Counted from the stretch's first letter, positions 13,398-28,764 are shown. The stretch: DNA of 64,000 nt from Eledone cirrhosa (GCA_964016885.1 OZ024746.1:29450001-29514000), one strand, 5' to 3'. Notes: generated by a model from the letters alone, not told the origin. Numbers and translations are program-made.

Positions 13398-13558
13398 AAG
13401 GTCGGACATGCTTTCCACCGTAGTTACGTCCTTTTACGATCTGAGTTCAAATCCCGCCGAGGTTAACTTTGCATTTCATCCTTACGGGGGCGATAAAATA
13501 AAGTACCAGTAATGTACTGGTTAATTTGCTGGCCTTGTGCCAAAAGTAGAAACAGTTA
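13398..13558 (+). mobile_element. SINE copy, 5'-truncated
   Basis: Box B, core and tail match 451-640. Confidence 0.8.
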
Positions 13559-16500
13559 TGTTCTTAATCACTATTGACACGCCGCACTTTCACTTCGAAA
13601 ATTAAAATATTTACAAAATTTTTATTAGTTTGTTGATGGGTTGAAGAATAAATGGAGTAGAAAATAAAGGTTATTTTCTTCTTTAATCTCTTTATTGCTG
13701 ATTGTATTCCCCAGAGAACCGCTAATGTTGACCCACAACACTAAGCCCCAGTCATCCGAGGATTCTCCACCACTGACATTACAACACTAACCATATGGGA
13801 AGTTGTTCTTTTTTTTCTATTACAAATAATTTCAGTAGTCAAAATCAATCACAACTAAGCTCAAACAAACGTCGTGAGTATTAGCAATAGTTGTTGTGGT
13901 TATTGTCGTTTGTTGTCGTTGTTCTTGTTGCTGTTGACGTCGTTGTCGTTGTTGTCGTTGTTGTTGTCGTAGTTGTTATCCTTGTCGCCGTTGTTGTTAT
14001 CACTGTAGTCGTTATTGTTGCTGTTGTCTAAGTTGAGGTCGCGTACAGTCAATCGTTAAACATCCATGATAAACTGCTAAACTCTTTGCTTCGTCCAACC
14101 CGTAAAGTACTTAAGAGAGTTTTTCAACCTGATCTTAACTTAAAACCTTTCATTACATTTAACTATGGACAACAGTAAACAGTGATGGCGTTATATAATC
14201 CTCTCTTCCCCCTCCTTTTCATTGTTGATGTTGTTGTTATCGCTGTTGTTGTCGTTTTTGTTTGTCGTCGTTGTCGCTGTTGTCATTGTTAGTAGTGCTG
14301 TTGTTGTTGTTGTTGTCGTTGTCGTTGTTGTTGTTGGTTTTGTAGTTGCTGTTTTGTAGTTTCTTTATAATTTGATGTCTCCAATTTCTAGTTCATAATT
14401 TCTGTAGAAAACATTAATTAAACACATACATATACATTCATGCATACATTCTCATATACACAGTCACATATACACAGTCACGCATACACAGTCACGCATA
14501 CATTTATACATACATTCTCATTTATGAACACAAACTTACATAGTCCCGCATTCATACATACACTCTCATTTACAAACACAAGCATTCATAGTCAGGCTAA
14601 CATTCAGACGAATACAACTTCTCATATACGAATACATATATACGCATGCATTCATATATACACATAGATTTGTACATACACATTTTCATATACAAAGACA
14701 GGCATATAAACATTCATATTTACACAAATACGTTTGTAAGTACATACGTATACATTCATACATAAGAACACACACATATATATATATGCATACATTCAAT
14801 CATATAAACCGGCACAAACGTATATTCATACACACATATATGTGCATTCATTCTCATACAGTCACACATACATATACAGGTGCATACATTCATATGTATA
14901 TACATATATGATCATAGTTTCACAGCAAACACATACACACCCATACACACATATGTGCATATTCACGCACTCACAAACACACACATACGTTCGCACACAG
15001 ACGCACAGACATACACATATATATGTGCTCAAAAATACAGGGGAGCTTATTAAACAACGACATACGCAAGATAATGAGAAAATAAAAATGTAATAAATAG
15101 CAATAAATTGAGATAAAAATAAGATTTATTATACAATTAGTCATAAAGAAAGAAAATCTGAACTAAACATATAATTTATTGTTTATATCTGTTTGACTAC
15201 GTCAGGGTTCCTTAGACAATTGGATTCTTAATAAACAACTTAAACACATCATTGTTATGTTAGTTACAAACTTTTTTGATGCATCAAGTCATATGATATC
15301 ACTAGTCACATGATTTATGTTAATCATAGGTCAGTGCCTTCTTTTTGTAATGGTCCAAATTTGATTTATCAGTTTTGCACACGGTATATTTGAATTTTTT
15401 TAAATTTTTTAAAAAGTTTTTGCTCATGCCCATCATGTAAATTGTATCATAATATACATATAAAATGGCCCAAATGTATATTATTGTATAGTATATATGT
15501 AAACATTTGTGAAAGCATGAGGCCAACAGACAGCACCTCTACGGTTCACCCGTGTATTATAATTATTTGTAAAGGTCTGAGATCCACAGAACACCTCAAT
15601 GGCCCACATGTATATTATATAACTTACATAGATAGATATTTATTTTTAGTGTCCGGAGATATAGATATGATGTGTCTAGAGATAATATATTTATATATGT
15701 GTGATCATCTTCCAAAATGTTGCATCCGTTTTCTTCTGCTTTTAGTCAATGCATGTATTTATAACATATATTTACTATATTATGTATATTTTCAAGTTCT
15801 GTGGCGTGTCTTTTGCCTTTTAATCAACTGAAGTACCTAATTAGTATTTCACTTAATCACACCTGAATGAAGAATTGATCTCAGAATATATCACAAAGAT
15901 CCAGAAACCTAATAGTGTAGGGCCTTTTATCTCCTCACTCTTCTAATACACACAACCACCATCACCATCACCACTACCGCCGCCGTAGCCGCCGCCGTAG
16001 CCGCCTCCTCCTCCACCCACCACCACCACCATCTCAGAATAACAGGTATCTGTGTGTCTTTCAATGAAAGTAGTAGGTTAATGTGTATCTTTGCCGGTTG
16101 TAATAGTTGTAAAGATTTTATATCCTATAGAAGATACTAGAAATTAGTAGTTCTTATGTTGTTTAATTCACTGCTATTTAATAGCGGGAATGTTGAATGA
16201 GATGCATCAACCAAATAGAGTAATAAATTCTACTTTGCCGAGACTAAATGTATGAAGAGACGAACACCAGTAGTTAAAAGGAAAATAATACTAATAACAA
16301 TAACATTAGCATCTTTGTTGCATTGACGTCCGCTAAGAAGGCTTCGCCTTAGTTTAAGAACCAAATTTCTTCCATTGATTCGATATTTAAGACAATGAAA
16401 TTGAACATAGAACACAATAATGATATGTGAAATAATACGGACAATTGCAATTCTCTGCAAGTTGTGGCTAATTAAATACTTTAGAAGTGACTATCACCCA

Positions 16501-17864
16501 CCCCTCCCTGCCTTAGTAAAATTCTAAGAGCTAATTTCAGAGATCAAATGAGTTAGGACAATGAATTAAATATAAGAAAGACGAATTAATGATAGCAGAT
16601 CTGTTTATATGTCTTGCTTTATATCACGCATCGTTCTTTGATTCTAAACACGGCATTCATTTCAGATATTACCATTACTTAAGACTGTTTTCTTTTTATT
16701 TTGAAATCGTATTGTTCTTCCTCAGTGTTAAGTCATAGTTTGAACAATAAAATAGTTTCCATGTCATTCCAAATTTCGCAGACAACATAGCAGGGAATGT
16801 CTGCTTGAAATGTGATTATTTCTCCATTAACTACCAACTGTATTTAGTAACTAACTAATAGGCCGAGGCATAACCATGTGGTTAAAATCTTCTCTTCGTA
16901 AGCATATTGGTGGGTCTAGGTTCGATTTCACTGAGTGGCAAACTGAACCAAAGTCTTCAAATGTTGCCTCACGTTGACTAATGCATTAAGTGATATTTAG
17001 TAGTTATATAACTAAGATCTTATATGTCTCAACTAGAAGGCAAACAAATCGAAACGAAACCCATGCAAACCATGAACCCAAGCAATCCCAGACCTCAATC
17101 CTACAATCATCCGCACCCCAAAACTGTATGGCATTAGCCATAAATTAAATTCAAACTCGTCCTTCAAAAACTGACTCCAGCGATTTCAGCCAAATCACAA
17201 CTAAACTGCTCTAATTAGTTTCTATATTACTCCGCAGTGACAACCACCTCTTCATTCTATAGGAATAGTGCTCACACATAGCCAGTACAACCATTAGGCA
17301 CTGCCAACGACTCATACCTCTTACAAAGTTGGCCTGGTGTCGAGTCACACACAGACGCTAATCTGAAACTCAATCACCAGAACTGAACCTGACCCAACTG
17401 TGCCCCTGCAAACACCCATTAATGTAATCACATAACGCTATCACATTTACCAAATCGATAAACTGTAAAAGGAATGGAATAAAGCTACAGGCTAAGTAAA
17501 GAAATAACCGACCATATATGACTATAACCTAACACTGAACAAACGAAACAACTGAGTATAAACCGAATAATGGGAAAAAAAATAATTTGAAGTAATTACA
17601 CACATGAAGCAGTCGACATCATTTGAGACGAGACATTACCTAACAAACAATTAAAGGAACAACAAATACTAATAGACACACACATTTAATTGGTAGTAGC
17701 ACTAATACAGAGTTAAGCATAATAGGTGTATATATGACAGCATATACTATACGTTTATTTACATTAAACATATGAAAAGAAAAAATAATTCTTTCGTTAT
17801 GAAAAAAATCATTCTTTACACATCTCGAAATGCTTCGTACTAACTATACTATTTTCCACACACA

Positions 17865-17985
<121 letters not shown>

Positions 17986-18076
17986 CTATATATATATATA
18001 ACGATATATATTACTTCTCTGTTGAAGTGTGTATACATTTTTAGGACACCTTATATATATATATATATATATATAT

Positions 18077-18413
18077 AAGTCCAGAATTAGCCGTCGAAAC
18101 GGCTTCAGCTCAGCCGTCGGGGTCCTACTTGTTCCTATTACCCACTCTACTACCCTAAGTATTGAGTACTTTGGTGCGTTATGGTCCACCTGGTTCCTTA
18201 CCACATTTCCTTCGTTATATATATATATATATATATATAGGAACCAGTAAGACCCCGACAGCTGAGCTCAAGCCGTTTCGACGGCTAATTCGTCGAAACG
18301 GCTTGAGCTCAGCTGTCGGGGTCTTACTGGTTCCTATTACCCACTCTACTACCTCAAGTATTGAGTACTTTGGTGCGTTATGGTCCACCTGGTTCCTTAC
18401 CACATTTCCTTCG

Positions 18414-18415
<2 letters not shown>
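18077..18415. mobile_element. Family A triple-arm copy: long +, (TA)n, short -, long +
   Basis: Direct sequence comparison with the other family-A copies. Confidence 0.85.
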
Positions 18416-18465
<50 letters not shown>

Positions 18466-18562
18466 GAAAATGAACGAACAAAACACAGGCGGTAATTGTA
18501 CACAATTATATTAGGTTCACGCTTGATATATATAAAGAAAAACGAAGTAGTTAGTTTTTTAT

Positions 18563-18650
18563 TGTATACGATCGTTTTGAAGAGCATTGGCTCAAGGTCA
18601 CCCTTAGAAGTTATGGACCAGATTCATTGATCGATCTGCTCTTCAGGTAG
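18563..18650 (-). ncRNA. Degenerate hammerhead-like motif (family F)
   Basis: CTGAAGAGCA..TGCTCTTC-AAAA-C-GATC-G-TA. GAAA reads AAAA (consistent with CpG decay) and helix I is not supported. Confidence 0.4.
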
Positions 18651-19020
18651 GTGATTCAATAATGGATGTGAAAACAATGAACGCTCAGCGGGAGTGTTTA
18701 GAGTTAAGTAATGTTCGGTAATCCTGTTTGTGAATCCGTTCCGGTTTACTAGAGACGCATAAATAATACAGCTTTGGATATTTATTTCAATATTGAGCTA
18801 TCTTATATACATTTAGTTGTGTCAAGGACATGACAACCTCCCTAGTGCTTTGATCTACACAATAAAAACACTCAGTACACACCGTAAAGAGTATGGTCTT
18901 AGGACGGGCATAGAGCCGTAGAAAGCTTGTCAAACAAGGAGTTGGGAGGACCTTTCAGTTAGTGTCAAAACATACGATAGTGTCTCCTCTATACTTGATA
19001 GAAAGTATGGCCGTACATAA

Positions 19021-19241
19021 CCCTTTAGCATTTAAATCGGCCATATGCGACCAGAATACTCTCACCTCTTTCTGTTCTAACCGGCCATAACTGGCCACTC
19101 ATACCGACGTCAAGGTACTGTTCTCAAAATAAATAATATAAAAATATCGTAGATTCGATATTATGTGAGATAATTATGTAAGATAAAGCATTTACCACAA
19201 ACATACAATAATATATATAGAGTAATGTAAATGCTAAAGGG
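19021..19241. mobile_element. piggyBac-type MITE
   Basis: TIRs CCCTTTAGCATTTA / TAAATGCTAAAGGG; flanks ATAA and TTAA. Confidence 0.8.
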
Positions 19242-19851
19242 TTAAACAGGATGCATATCTCACGGCCTGAATTGATCTATGCAAACCCGTCCAACCCTTG
19301 CTATCAGGGATGAGAGAGAGGGGGGGAGGGATTACACCAGTACTGGACTGATATGTTGTTCATCGTCCTCGAAAGAATGAAAGGCAAGATTGTCCTTTGC
19401 GAGATTTGAACACAGCGTGCAGAGAATCGGAACAAATACTGCGGTATCTTTAATCTAACAACTATTGGTTTATTTCCGTACGATAGAGTTTTCATAATTA
19501 ATTATTTCTTCTATTTAAGACAATCTAAATGGAAGGATGTTGATCTTGTCCACCACTAGGACAGCCAGAAACCATGTCCTTACCGAAACTGGGTTATTCA
19601 TTGTAACAGATGAGCCAACGATGCTAACACCAAAAGATGAAAGATATTCAACAATCTATAATTCCCTTAAAATACTGTTGAAAGCGATTTTCGTGGAAAT
19701 ATTAATGTCGGCTGAGTGTAGGACTTTTGGGAGTAGGAGTCATCTATATAACTACAACAATTGTACCGAAGACGGGTTTCTATGCAATTTTCTTAATAAC
19801 TCTAAAGTATGTTGCACTGAAGAATTAATTCTGCTTTTTAAAAATCCATTC

Positions 19852-19943
<92 letters not shown>

Positions 19944-20315
19944 GTTTGAGTGAGTGTTGAAGTTTGCCTGAAGCATTTTGAATTATGAGAAACAGTGATT
20001 TAGAAAGCTACAGTAACGCAATTGAGGAAATATTAAAAATAAATTAGAACAAGGATTAAAATTATATCTTAATGCATTTAACAATCTGATATTTCGAGTG
20101 AAAATATTCTTTTTCAAAGAGTAATTAAAGAAGCAGGTGACATTATTCTATGCAGTTTCATATATCTGATTATTAAATGGTTTAAAGTAGAGTTATAATC
20201 TTTATTTCATATCAGCCTTTCCCACCTGAATAGCTATGGGTTTCTAAATTATATCTGTCTGTCTATCTATCTTTCTATCTATCTCTCCATTTCACTTTCT
20301 ATCCCTGTCTGTCTC

Positions 20316-20493
20316 TGGCAGTATCGGTAGAGGGTTGGACGCAATGCTTTCTAGCATAGTTACGTCCCTTTACAGTCTGAGTTCAAATCCCGCCGAGGTT
20401 AACTTTGCCTTTCATCCTTACGGGGTCGATGAAATAAAGTACCAGTAATGTACTGGGTATTTGCTGGCCTTGTGCCTAAAGTAGAAACAATTA
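20316..20493 (+). mobile_element. SINE copy
   Basis: Matches 451-640. Confidence 0.85.
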
Positions 20494-20880
20494 TCTATCT
20501 ATCTCCCTCTCTCTCACTCCCCTCCTCTTCCACGCTTTTGCCCCCCCCCCCTCCTCTCTCTCTCTTTCTATATACTGTATATATATACATGTATATGTTG
20601 ATACACGTATATATATATTTCACGGGTTGCAATTTCGTTTCATTTATATAAAGCTGTATATGTGTCAGTGAGTGTGTGTAGGATTGTTGTAGTGATCAGG
20701 TCGATGAAATTTCTCACAATTCGTAATATTTAACTATAAACAAAAAAATGAATATATCAAATATTTGTATTGTGGAAAAACTACAGTCAATTCTTCAAAT
20801 TATAAGTGATTCGGTTTCAAAGCCACATCTAAGATATATTCACTTTCTAAACAATTATAACTCCAGTACACATACATGTA

Positions 20881-21079
20881 TGAGAGTCGGCTAGAAAATT
20901 CATAGGGTCACTATGAAGGACTGATGCTGGAGCTGCGAAATCGTGAATGCATTAATTTCAGATTTTCTTATTAATAACTGCATTGTTTCTTTCCAGGGTC
21001 TAATGTTGAAAAATAAAGCTCATTTGGTCTTTGCATGCGAGTATCTTGGTTAGCTTATGAACTTTCCAGCCGACCCCCA
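20881..21079. mobile_element. mariner-like MITE
   Basis: Imperfect TIRs GAGTCGGCTAGAAAATTCATAGG / CTTATGAACTTTCCAGCCGACCC. Confidence 0.6.
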
Positions 21080-21387
21080 TATGTCGTAGGGGCGTTTTTG
21101 GTAAATTTTGAAAACCTGGCAGAGTCCATCTCTCTCTCCAGGTTTGAACACAGCAGATTTCTTCCGAAGAAATAGTGAGATTGACAAAGAGATATAGAGG
21201 AAGAATCTACTTCGGCACTGGACTGGTATTTTTTATCAATCCCGAAAGAACGAAAGGCAAAGTTGACCTCGGAGGGATGTGAAATTAGAGAGCGTAAAGA
21301 GTCGAAATGAAATACCAGAAAGTATTCTATCCGACAATTTAAAGACTGTGCCAGTTCACAGCCTGTATTGTATAATCACACGCACGT

Positions 21388-21448
<61 letters not shown>

Positions 21449-21673
21449 ACAGCTTCAGCTTGATAGCGTCTGTCTTCGCCATTTGGTAGCTGTTGCGGTC
21501 CGGTTACGTATGTCAAGTTTGGGAATATGGGTGGACCGCATTTGGTTTGAGAATTTGGAGGGTAGAGTACGGTTTGGTTTGGCAGGAGTCGTGAGTACAG
21601 GTAAACATTCGATTTAAGGTGTTTGCTGAATGTTTGTGAAATGATTGGAACAAAAACAGTCTTATTTACGTAT

Positions 21674-21735
<62 letters not shown>

Positions 21736-22154
21736 GATCTATTAATATATATTGTCTCTGATCAAATCATCGGAATATATATATATATATATTCCGATGA
21801 TTTGATCAGAGACACACTGTATTTAAGGTCGAATGACATAATTTCTAATGATTAGCGGCTTTTAGACTTATTTGTTCAATGATTGTTAATGCTTTTTGTA
21901 CAGCAAACCATGTTATTTTTCACTCTTTCACTGAAAAACCACAAACCCTTCATCTCAATTCTACTTTTGAAAAGCACAAGAACTGCGAAACCGGAAAAGG
22001 AACCAAATAAATATTTTTTTTTAAAAAAAGATTCCAGTTGCATTTTTGATTTTATCTTTTTTCCTAATACTTTCACTCGTGTAAGACACTTCGTTTTTTT
22101 TTTATTTTTAAAAAAAACCTTACTTTCTAATATATATATATATTATTAAATATA

Positions 22155-22189
<35 letters not shown>

Positions 22190-22691
22190 ATGCCATTGTT
22201 AATTAATAAATAAATTAACTAATACCTTAACACTTCACACAAAGTAAAATATTTGGTTTTAAACATTTTCTAACCCAGAAAAAAGAAAAAAAGAAAAGGA
22301 AAAAAAAAATTGTTCTTCCTAATAATCGTCTTTTTCTCCCTATTTTCATATATATATATATACAAATAAAGATTCAGCGAGAATCGCATTTTCGGCGGGC
22401 AGGAAAAGCGAAGCGAAACGCAAAAATCAGAAATGATACTGGCAAAGTGCTCAATAGTTTAAAACAATGTGTTAAGAAGCCATACAAAACTGAAAAGGTG
22501 GTCAAGAAAGCATTAACCACCCAAGCCAAAAACCAAATCAAGCTAAACAGGTCAAAACAATATAAACAATAAAAAAATAAGTGATAACCAGATATATGTG
22601 TATATATATATATATATTCAACTTTTTAAATGGAAGTTGCATTTTTTAAAAGGTATGTCAAAAATTATTTATAAAACAGCTTATGTATTGT

Positions 22692-22755
22692 ATTTTGTCT
22701 GAGGAAGGCATACCATATTTTTAATATGATATCCCTGAAATATATATAACGAAAT
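22692..22755 (+). ncRNA. Minimal hammerhead ribozyme (family G)
   Basis: attttgt-CTGAGGA-agg..cct-GAAA-T-ATAT-A-TA-acgaaat. The element (22620-22798) lies between (TA)n tracts and is homologous to the 44-kb palindrome. Confidence 0.75.
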
Positions 22756-23179
22756 AAATATGGTTTTATAATTATAGTTTCCATTTGTTTAATATCGTAT
22801 ATATATATATATATATATATGATGCAAGGTTTCGATTTAATCGGTTCTGTTTTTCTATTGTTAAGCGAGTAACTTATATTAGTGAGTCTTAAACAGTATT
22901 TATTCGTTGAGGGTACATAAATTGTTCTGATTCTGTGTGGATGCAAAGGTCACTGCAACCGTATGACAGCCGTCATCTACATACCAGTATATCGCGTAGG
23001 TTTGGTTGTTGTTGCGGTAAAAATGGTATAGTTCTAATTTGATTTATGTCTAGTGTAGCATGTACTTGGTAGATCAGGCTAAATTTAGGTATGTCGAGAA
23101 TATATGCTTGAGTTTACTTATACAGTTGGTTTGGAGTAGCATTGTTTACATTTATGTAAGAGAAATTAAATCATGGTTA

Positions 23180-23234
<55 letters not shown>

Positions 23235-23351
23235 GGTGTACGTGTGTGTATGTGTGCGTATGCATGTGTATATATGTAGGAATCTTAACATTTACACACA
23301 CATACAGGCATATATACAGGGTCTCCCCCACAAAATGTATATGCACTTCAA

Positions 23352-23493
<142 letters not shown>

Positions 23494-23633
23494 AACTTCA
23501 AATAAATGCCGTAAGAATATTTCCGTGTGCCAGTCATATTACAACTTGTTTAAACAACAACAAATGACAGTCTCAGATGTCCACAAATGACACCTAGACA
23601 TAAGCTAATGTATAAGGTATGAAGTCGATACAT

Positions 23634-24652
23634 AATAATTGTTTCTACGTTAGGCACAAGGCCAGCAATTACCCAGTGTATTACTGGTACTTTATTTTAT
23701 CGACCCCGTAAGGATGAAAGGCAAAGTTAACCTCGGCAATACATAATAATGAAACAAAAATAATGATTTCTTTTATTTGCCACAAGGTGTCGAATCAGAG
23801 AAACATTAAAATACTTTACACAAAGTGTGGTTATTTATGTAAAGGTTGGAGAAGAAAAAACAAAGATATATATATTATAACTGATGGTGATAAACAGTCC
23901 TCCTTGTATAAGAAAACTTCCATCCAGGGTGGATCAAGGGACCCCACAAATTCACGGTCAAACGACAACCATCATTTTCCCTCTCTGACCTATAGTAGAA
24001 TCATTCCCGCAATTTTCGCTATAGTAATAATTGTTTCTACTTTTGGCAATAATTGTTTCTCGGCAAACGCGAAGAGCCGTAATACTACAAAGTATTTGGG
24101 CCAACTCTGTAACGATTCTGCCGAACCACCACCATTTTCGCCACAGTAATAATGCTTTCTGATTTAAACACAAGGCCAACAAATTTAGAGGAGGGGAAAG
24201 TCGATTAAATCGACCCCAGAGCATTACTGGTGCTTTATTTTATCGACTCCGTAAGGATGAAAGGTAAAGTTAACTTCGGCGGGATTTGAACTCAGAAAGT
24301 AAAGGGCCACAACTCTATGCTGCGAAGCTTGGAGTCTGATGCTCTACCGATACCGCTCATTTCGCCACAGTAATAATGAAAATAAATGTTGACATATTTT
24401 TGCTTCATTTAAATATTGATTATTGTATTTATATAATAATTATAATTGTTTCTACTTAATTATAATTGTTTCTACTGCTGGCACAAGGCCAGCAATTACC
24501 CAGTGCATTACTGGTACTTTATTCTATCGACCCCGGAAGGATGAAAGGCAAAGTTAACCTCGGCGGGATTTGAACTCAGAATGGCAAGGGCCGTAACTCT
24601 ATGCGTCAAAGCATGGCGTCCGACCCTCTACCGATACTGCCAATTTACCGCC
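23634..24652 (-). mobile_element. Cluster of minus-strand SINE copies (23634-23737 partial, ~24150-24368, 24460-24652) with an intervening LINE-like 3' end
   Basis: Repeated TTGTTTCTAC..GGCACAAGGCC..AAGGATGAAAGGCAAAG..GGATTTGAACTC. Confidence 0.75.
23762..24000 (-). mobile_element. Probable LINE 3' end (possibly Tx1-like)
   Basis: Minus strand ends CCTTGTGGCAAATAAAAGAAAT followed by ATT-type repeats. Confidence 0.4.
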
Positions 24653-25072
24653 GTATCTAGAACATATGGCCATTTATTGAACTTTTTTCTCAATATAAAT
24701 TGGTGAATGTTGTGTTCGTATTTGAAGACATTCACAATACTTAACACATATATTTACCCCGTTAATATTAGAAGATGCACTGAAATGACATTTAAAAATT
24801 TGTTACTGCCCCTTGTGTACTAGAGAGAGATGTATCGATCTTAAAGCAATGAAGCAACGTATCTCTAGCTCAATCAACTGATGAGATTGGCCTGTCTGTC
24901 TTTCGTTCGTTTTCCTGTCTTCACCACCACCCCCATGCATGCACACGTACACCCCCCCCCCATATATACATATATATATAATGTCCGACACGTCGATACT
25001 TTTAAGTGGTGTGTGTATATAAATTAATCATAAAAGAGCTGTAATTTCATTTTTTTATATATGTATATGTGA

Positions 25073-25108
<36 letters not shown>

Positions 25109-25123
25109 TATATATATATATAC

Positions 25124-25158
<35 letters not shown>

Positions 25159-25207
25159 GTATATATATATGGGTATATATATTTATATATCTATATGTAA
25201 GTATGTG

Positions 25208-25242
<35 letters not shown>

Positions 25243-25769
25243 ATATGTATGTATGTATGTATATATATATATATAACATATATATATATACATGTATAAC
25301 AAGCCAGGCCTCTTTCAGTAACTGCGGCAGAGCTATAGTGTAAAAACCATTATAAAATATTTACTTCGTTGTCTCCTCAGTTTATCTATTATTTCTGCAT
25401 TTACTTTCGTTATTATCAAAGTCGTTCTTCTCCATCAGTTAATGAATGGGAAAACTGATGAGCTTCTTCTTATCGGATGCTTTTATTGTAGCTGTTGTGT
25501 TTGTTTTTACCAGCTCACCACTCATCTTTCCTGTCGTTCGTTTCACTCTAGTTTAATTAACGATGGTAGTGGGAAATAGCACTCAAATAGAAGATAACTT
25601 ATTCCTGGTTAACTTAACACTGGCATGGTAGAAATAATTGCTCTTATATTATTTATTGTTATGGCAATAGTGTAAAATTGGAAATTGTACAGATGAGGTG
25701 GTAGATGTTTACTTCGCAATCATCAGGTCCTAGGTTCAACCCCATTACGTGGCATGGTGGGCCAGTTGC

Positions 25770-26267
25770 AATATCGGTAGAAGGTCGGATGCCATGGTTT
25801 CCATCATAGTTACGCACCTTTATGGTCTGAGTTCAAATCCCGCCGAGGTTAACTTTGCCTTTCATTCTTACGGGGTCGATAAAATAGAATACCAGTAATG
25901 CACTGTTATAATTGCTGGCCTTGTGCCAAAAGTAGAAACTTTTATTTACAATAGCCCCGTGGACGACTCGAACCTTGTCAGTGAACTTGGGTTGACGGAA
26001 ATTGGATTGACGGAAATTGACGGAAATTGGGGTTGACGGAAATCTCTTACATAATTATGTTAAGGTTATATGTGTCTATGAAATTCTCAGCCACATACAA
26101 ATTAATTGTTTCTACCATTGGCACAAGGCCATCAAATACCCAGTACATTACTGGTACTTTATTTTATCGACCCCGTAAGGATGAAAGGCAAAGTTGACCT
26201 CGGCGGTAAAGGACGTAACTATGCTGGAAAGCATGGCGTCCGACCCTCTACCGATACTGCCAATCCA
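25770..26267. mobile_element. Two SINE copies tail-to-tail (25770-25940 +; 26103-26267 -, internally deleted)
   Basis: Match to 451-640. CAGCCACATACAAATTAAT is duplicated around the minus copy (TSD). Confidence 0.8.
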
Positions 26268-27047
26268 CAGCCACATACAAATTAATGAATACAAATTAAT
26301 GACGCCTTGCAAAGTTGGGTTTAATAATTCTGAAAAAAGATTTTGTATTTATTTATTTCTCATAGAACGTGGCCAAGTTATAGTGTTGGTTTCACGACGG
26401 CAAACTCGTGTGCTTGACTTGCGGACTGAGCGATGTGTTGTGTTCTTTAGAAAGTTTCTTTATTACGGTTGCTCTACGTGGCTGGAAAATTTGTGCCAGC
26501 AGAGGTTAAATTTGAGGCGGACTGTGACACTTTCTAAATATAGCACTCGTTTAACACCACATTAAATGGCAACAAAATCAATTCTAATGAGGCTGTAGGA
26601 TCAAGAAATTAATATCTAGAGCTGTTGATCAAATGTATTCCATTCGCGATAATCTTTTTCAGCGTAACATTTCATGATTTATGACTTATAATGTAAGTAA
26701 TATTTGGCTACTATTTCTATCATATTAATCAATCCAGCAACGTTTTTTTCATTGTCTTTAATGACGCGAGTAATTTCCTTTGATGGTATAAATACGACAG
26801 TGCTGAATTAAAAGCATTTTGTTTAGTTGCGTCTTTGATTGTTCTAAAACCAACTAGTTACTCGTTGAATTTTCTCTTTTATCCTTCAAGGGTCTAAAAT
26901 GAGTCAGAGCAATGCACAGCTCTTCTTATATAGTTCAGATTTTCTCTCGATGAGAGAAATATTGATTTATGAGATAGGAACACTGCTTCAAACATACGTG
27001 CATATATACATACATACGTATATATATAAATGCAAACATACGTGTGA

Positions 27048-27118
<71 letters not shown>

Positions 27119-27195
27119 TGTATATACATATATACATCCATATAAATATTTCACTTAACATTGGCGGTTGCATTTCCTAAATATATATATATATG

Positions 27196-27315
<120 letters not shown>

Positions 27316-27943
27316 TGAGAGAGAGAGTGAGAGAGAGAGAAAGCGTAAGCATTTATTGAACATTTCATTAAAACCCCTTAGCTACAATTTGCCTATCAAT
27401 CATTGGCAAAATTTACGTCACTTTCATTTATTGTAAATCGTCAAATTTAATAATATGAAATATCTACTCTCATAAAAGGTGAACATATTTATTAAGGGAA
27501 AACAAAGAAATGCTCGCGAAGAACGCCATTTGCTTGAACGAGTCATATGTTTAGGCAGCATGCAAGAAGCAAAATGTGATAGCTGTGGAAACGCCATTGC
27601 ATACAATGCGAGGGTTTCACTGAATTTATAGCGCCGGCTTCTCAATTCCCTTGTCTAAATAATTTGCCAAGTTCAGCGGAGCCTGAGAAATAATTGGATA
27701 AGCTGCGTGTGGAATATCTATGATTAATACTTCGGAAAGGAATTGAAAAGGAAGTTGAAGTTTATGATTAAACACTCGTATTTCAATAAAAAGGAATTGT
27801 TCTTTTTCTCCCTTTCTGTGTGACTGTCCCTCTGTGTATGTCTTTCTCGATATCTTTTACATCATTTCATATTTCATTTCCCCTCAAATCTAAGGATCTA
27901 TATATATTGTACGTATATAACTGGATGTATGTATGCATGTTCT

Positions 27944-27989
<46 letters not shown>

Positions 27990-27994
<5 letters not shown>

Positions 27995-28387
27995 CTTCAA
28001 AATATTAATAAATATAGACATTCATGTGATCAAATATATTTTATATACATATTTCAGAGGTACTGAGCTATTTCATCAGTACGTCCTCATCAGATAAAAT
28101 AAATTGATGTCTGCCATACCTCAACTGTGCTGATGGTTCAATTTCATCATCAGCACAGTTGAGGTATGTCAGACATCAATTTATTTTATCTGATGAGGAC
28201 GGACTGATGAAATAGCTCAGTACCTCTGAAATATGTATAATAAAATATATTTGATCACATCAATGTCTATATTTATTAATATTTTGAAGTAATATTAATA
28301 ACACCAGAAAACCTCTTTGTTGAGTGCTTCTAATCTATTGTAAAACTTTATTCATTGATTAATCAATGAACCTTGTTAAACTTTTGG

Positions 28388-28390
<3 letters not shown>
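27990..28390. mobile_element. Family H fold-back element in (TA)n, ~300-bp palindrome with a hammerhead on each arm
   Basis: Arms 27990-28135 and 28147-28294, plus a 3' extension to 28390. Confidence 0.85.
28183..28246 (+). ncRNA. Minimal hammerhead ribozyme (family H); mirror copy 28038-28100 (-) lacks one nucleotide
   Basis: attttat-CTGATGA-[gg..actga..tcagt..cc]-GAAA-T-ATGT-A-TA-ataaaat. Confidence 0.75.
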
Positions 28391-28442
<52 letters not shown>

Positions 28443-28480
28443 CCATTCATCATCTTGTTAGATATAATCTATCTGATATA

Positions 28481-28526
<46 letters not shown>

Positions 28527-28639
28527 CCCCACATCCATCTATTCTTCCATATAACCTTGTATTTCTCCATTCGTATCTAATGCGTTAATGTTTGTTAATG
28601 TCAACTTTTTCTATATTCATCAGTCAAGGTATAAGCATA

Positions 28640-28764
<125 letters not shown>

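Noticed and set aside
17030-17500. A/C-rich stretch resembling an old LINE (NLKLN-like motif)
   Set aside because: Too decayed to translate convincingly.
19760-19820. CCGAAGA..TAAAG degenerate hammerhead near (TA)n
   Set aside because: Both core strands are mutated; indistinguishable from chance.
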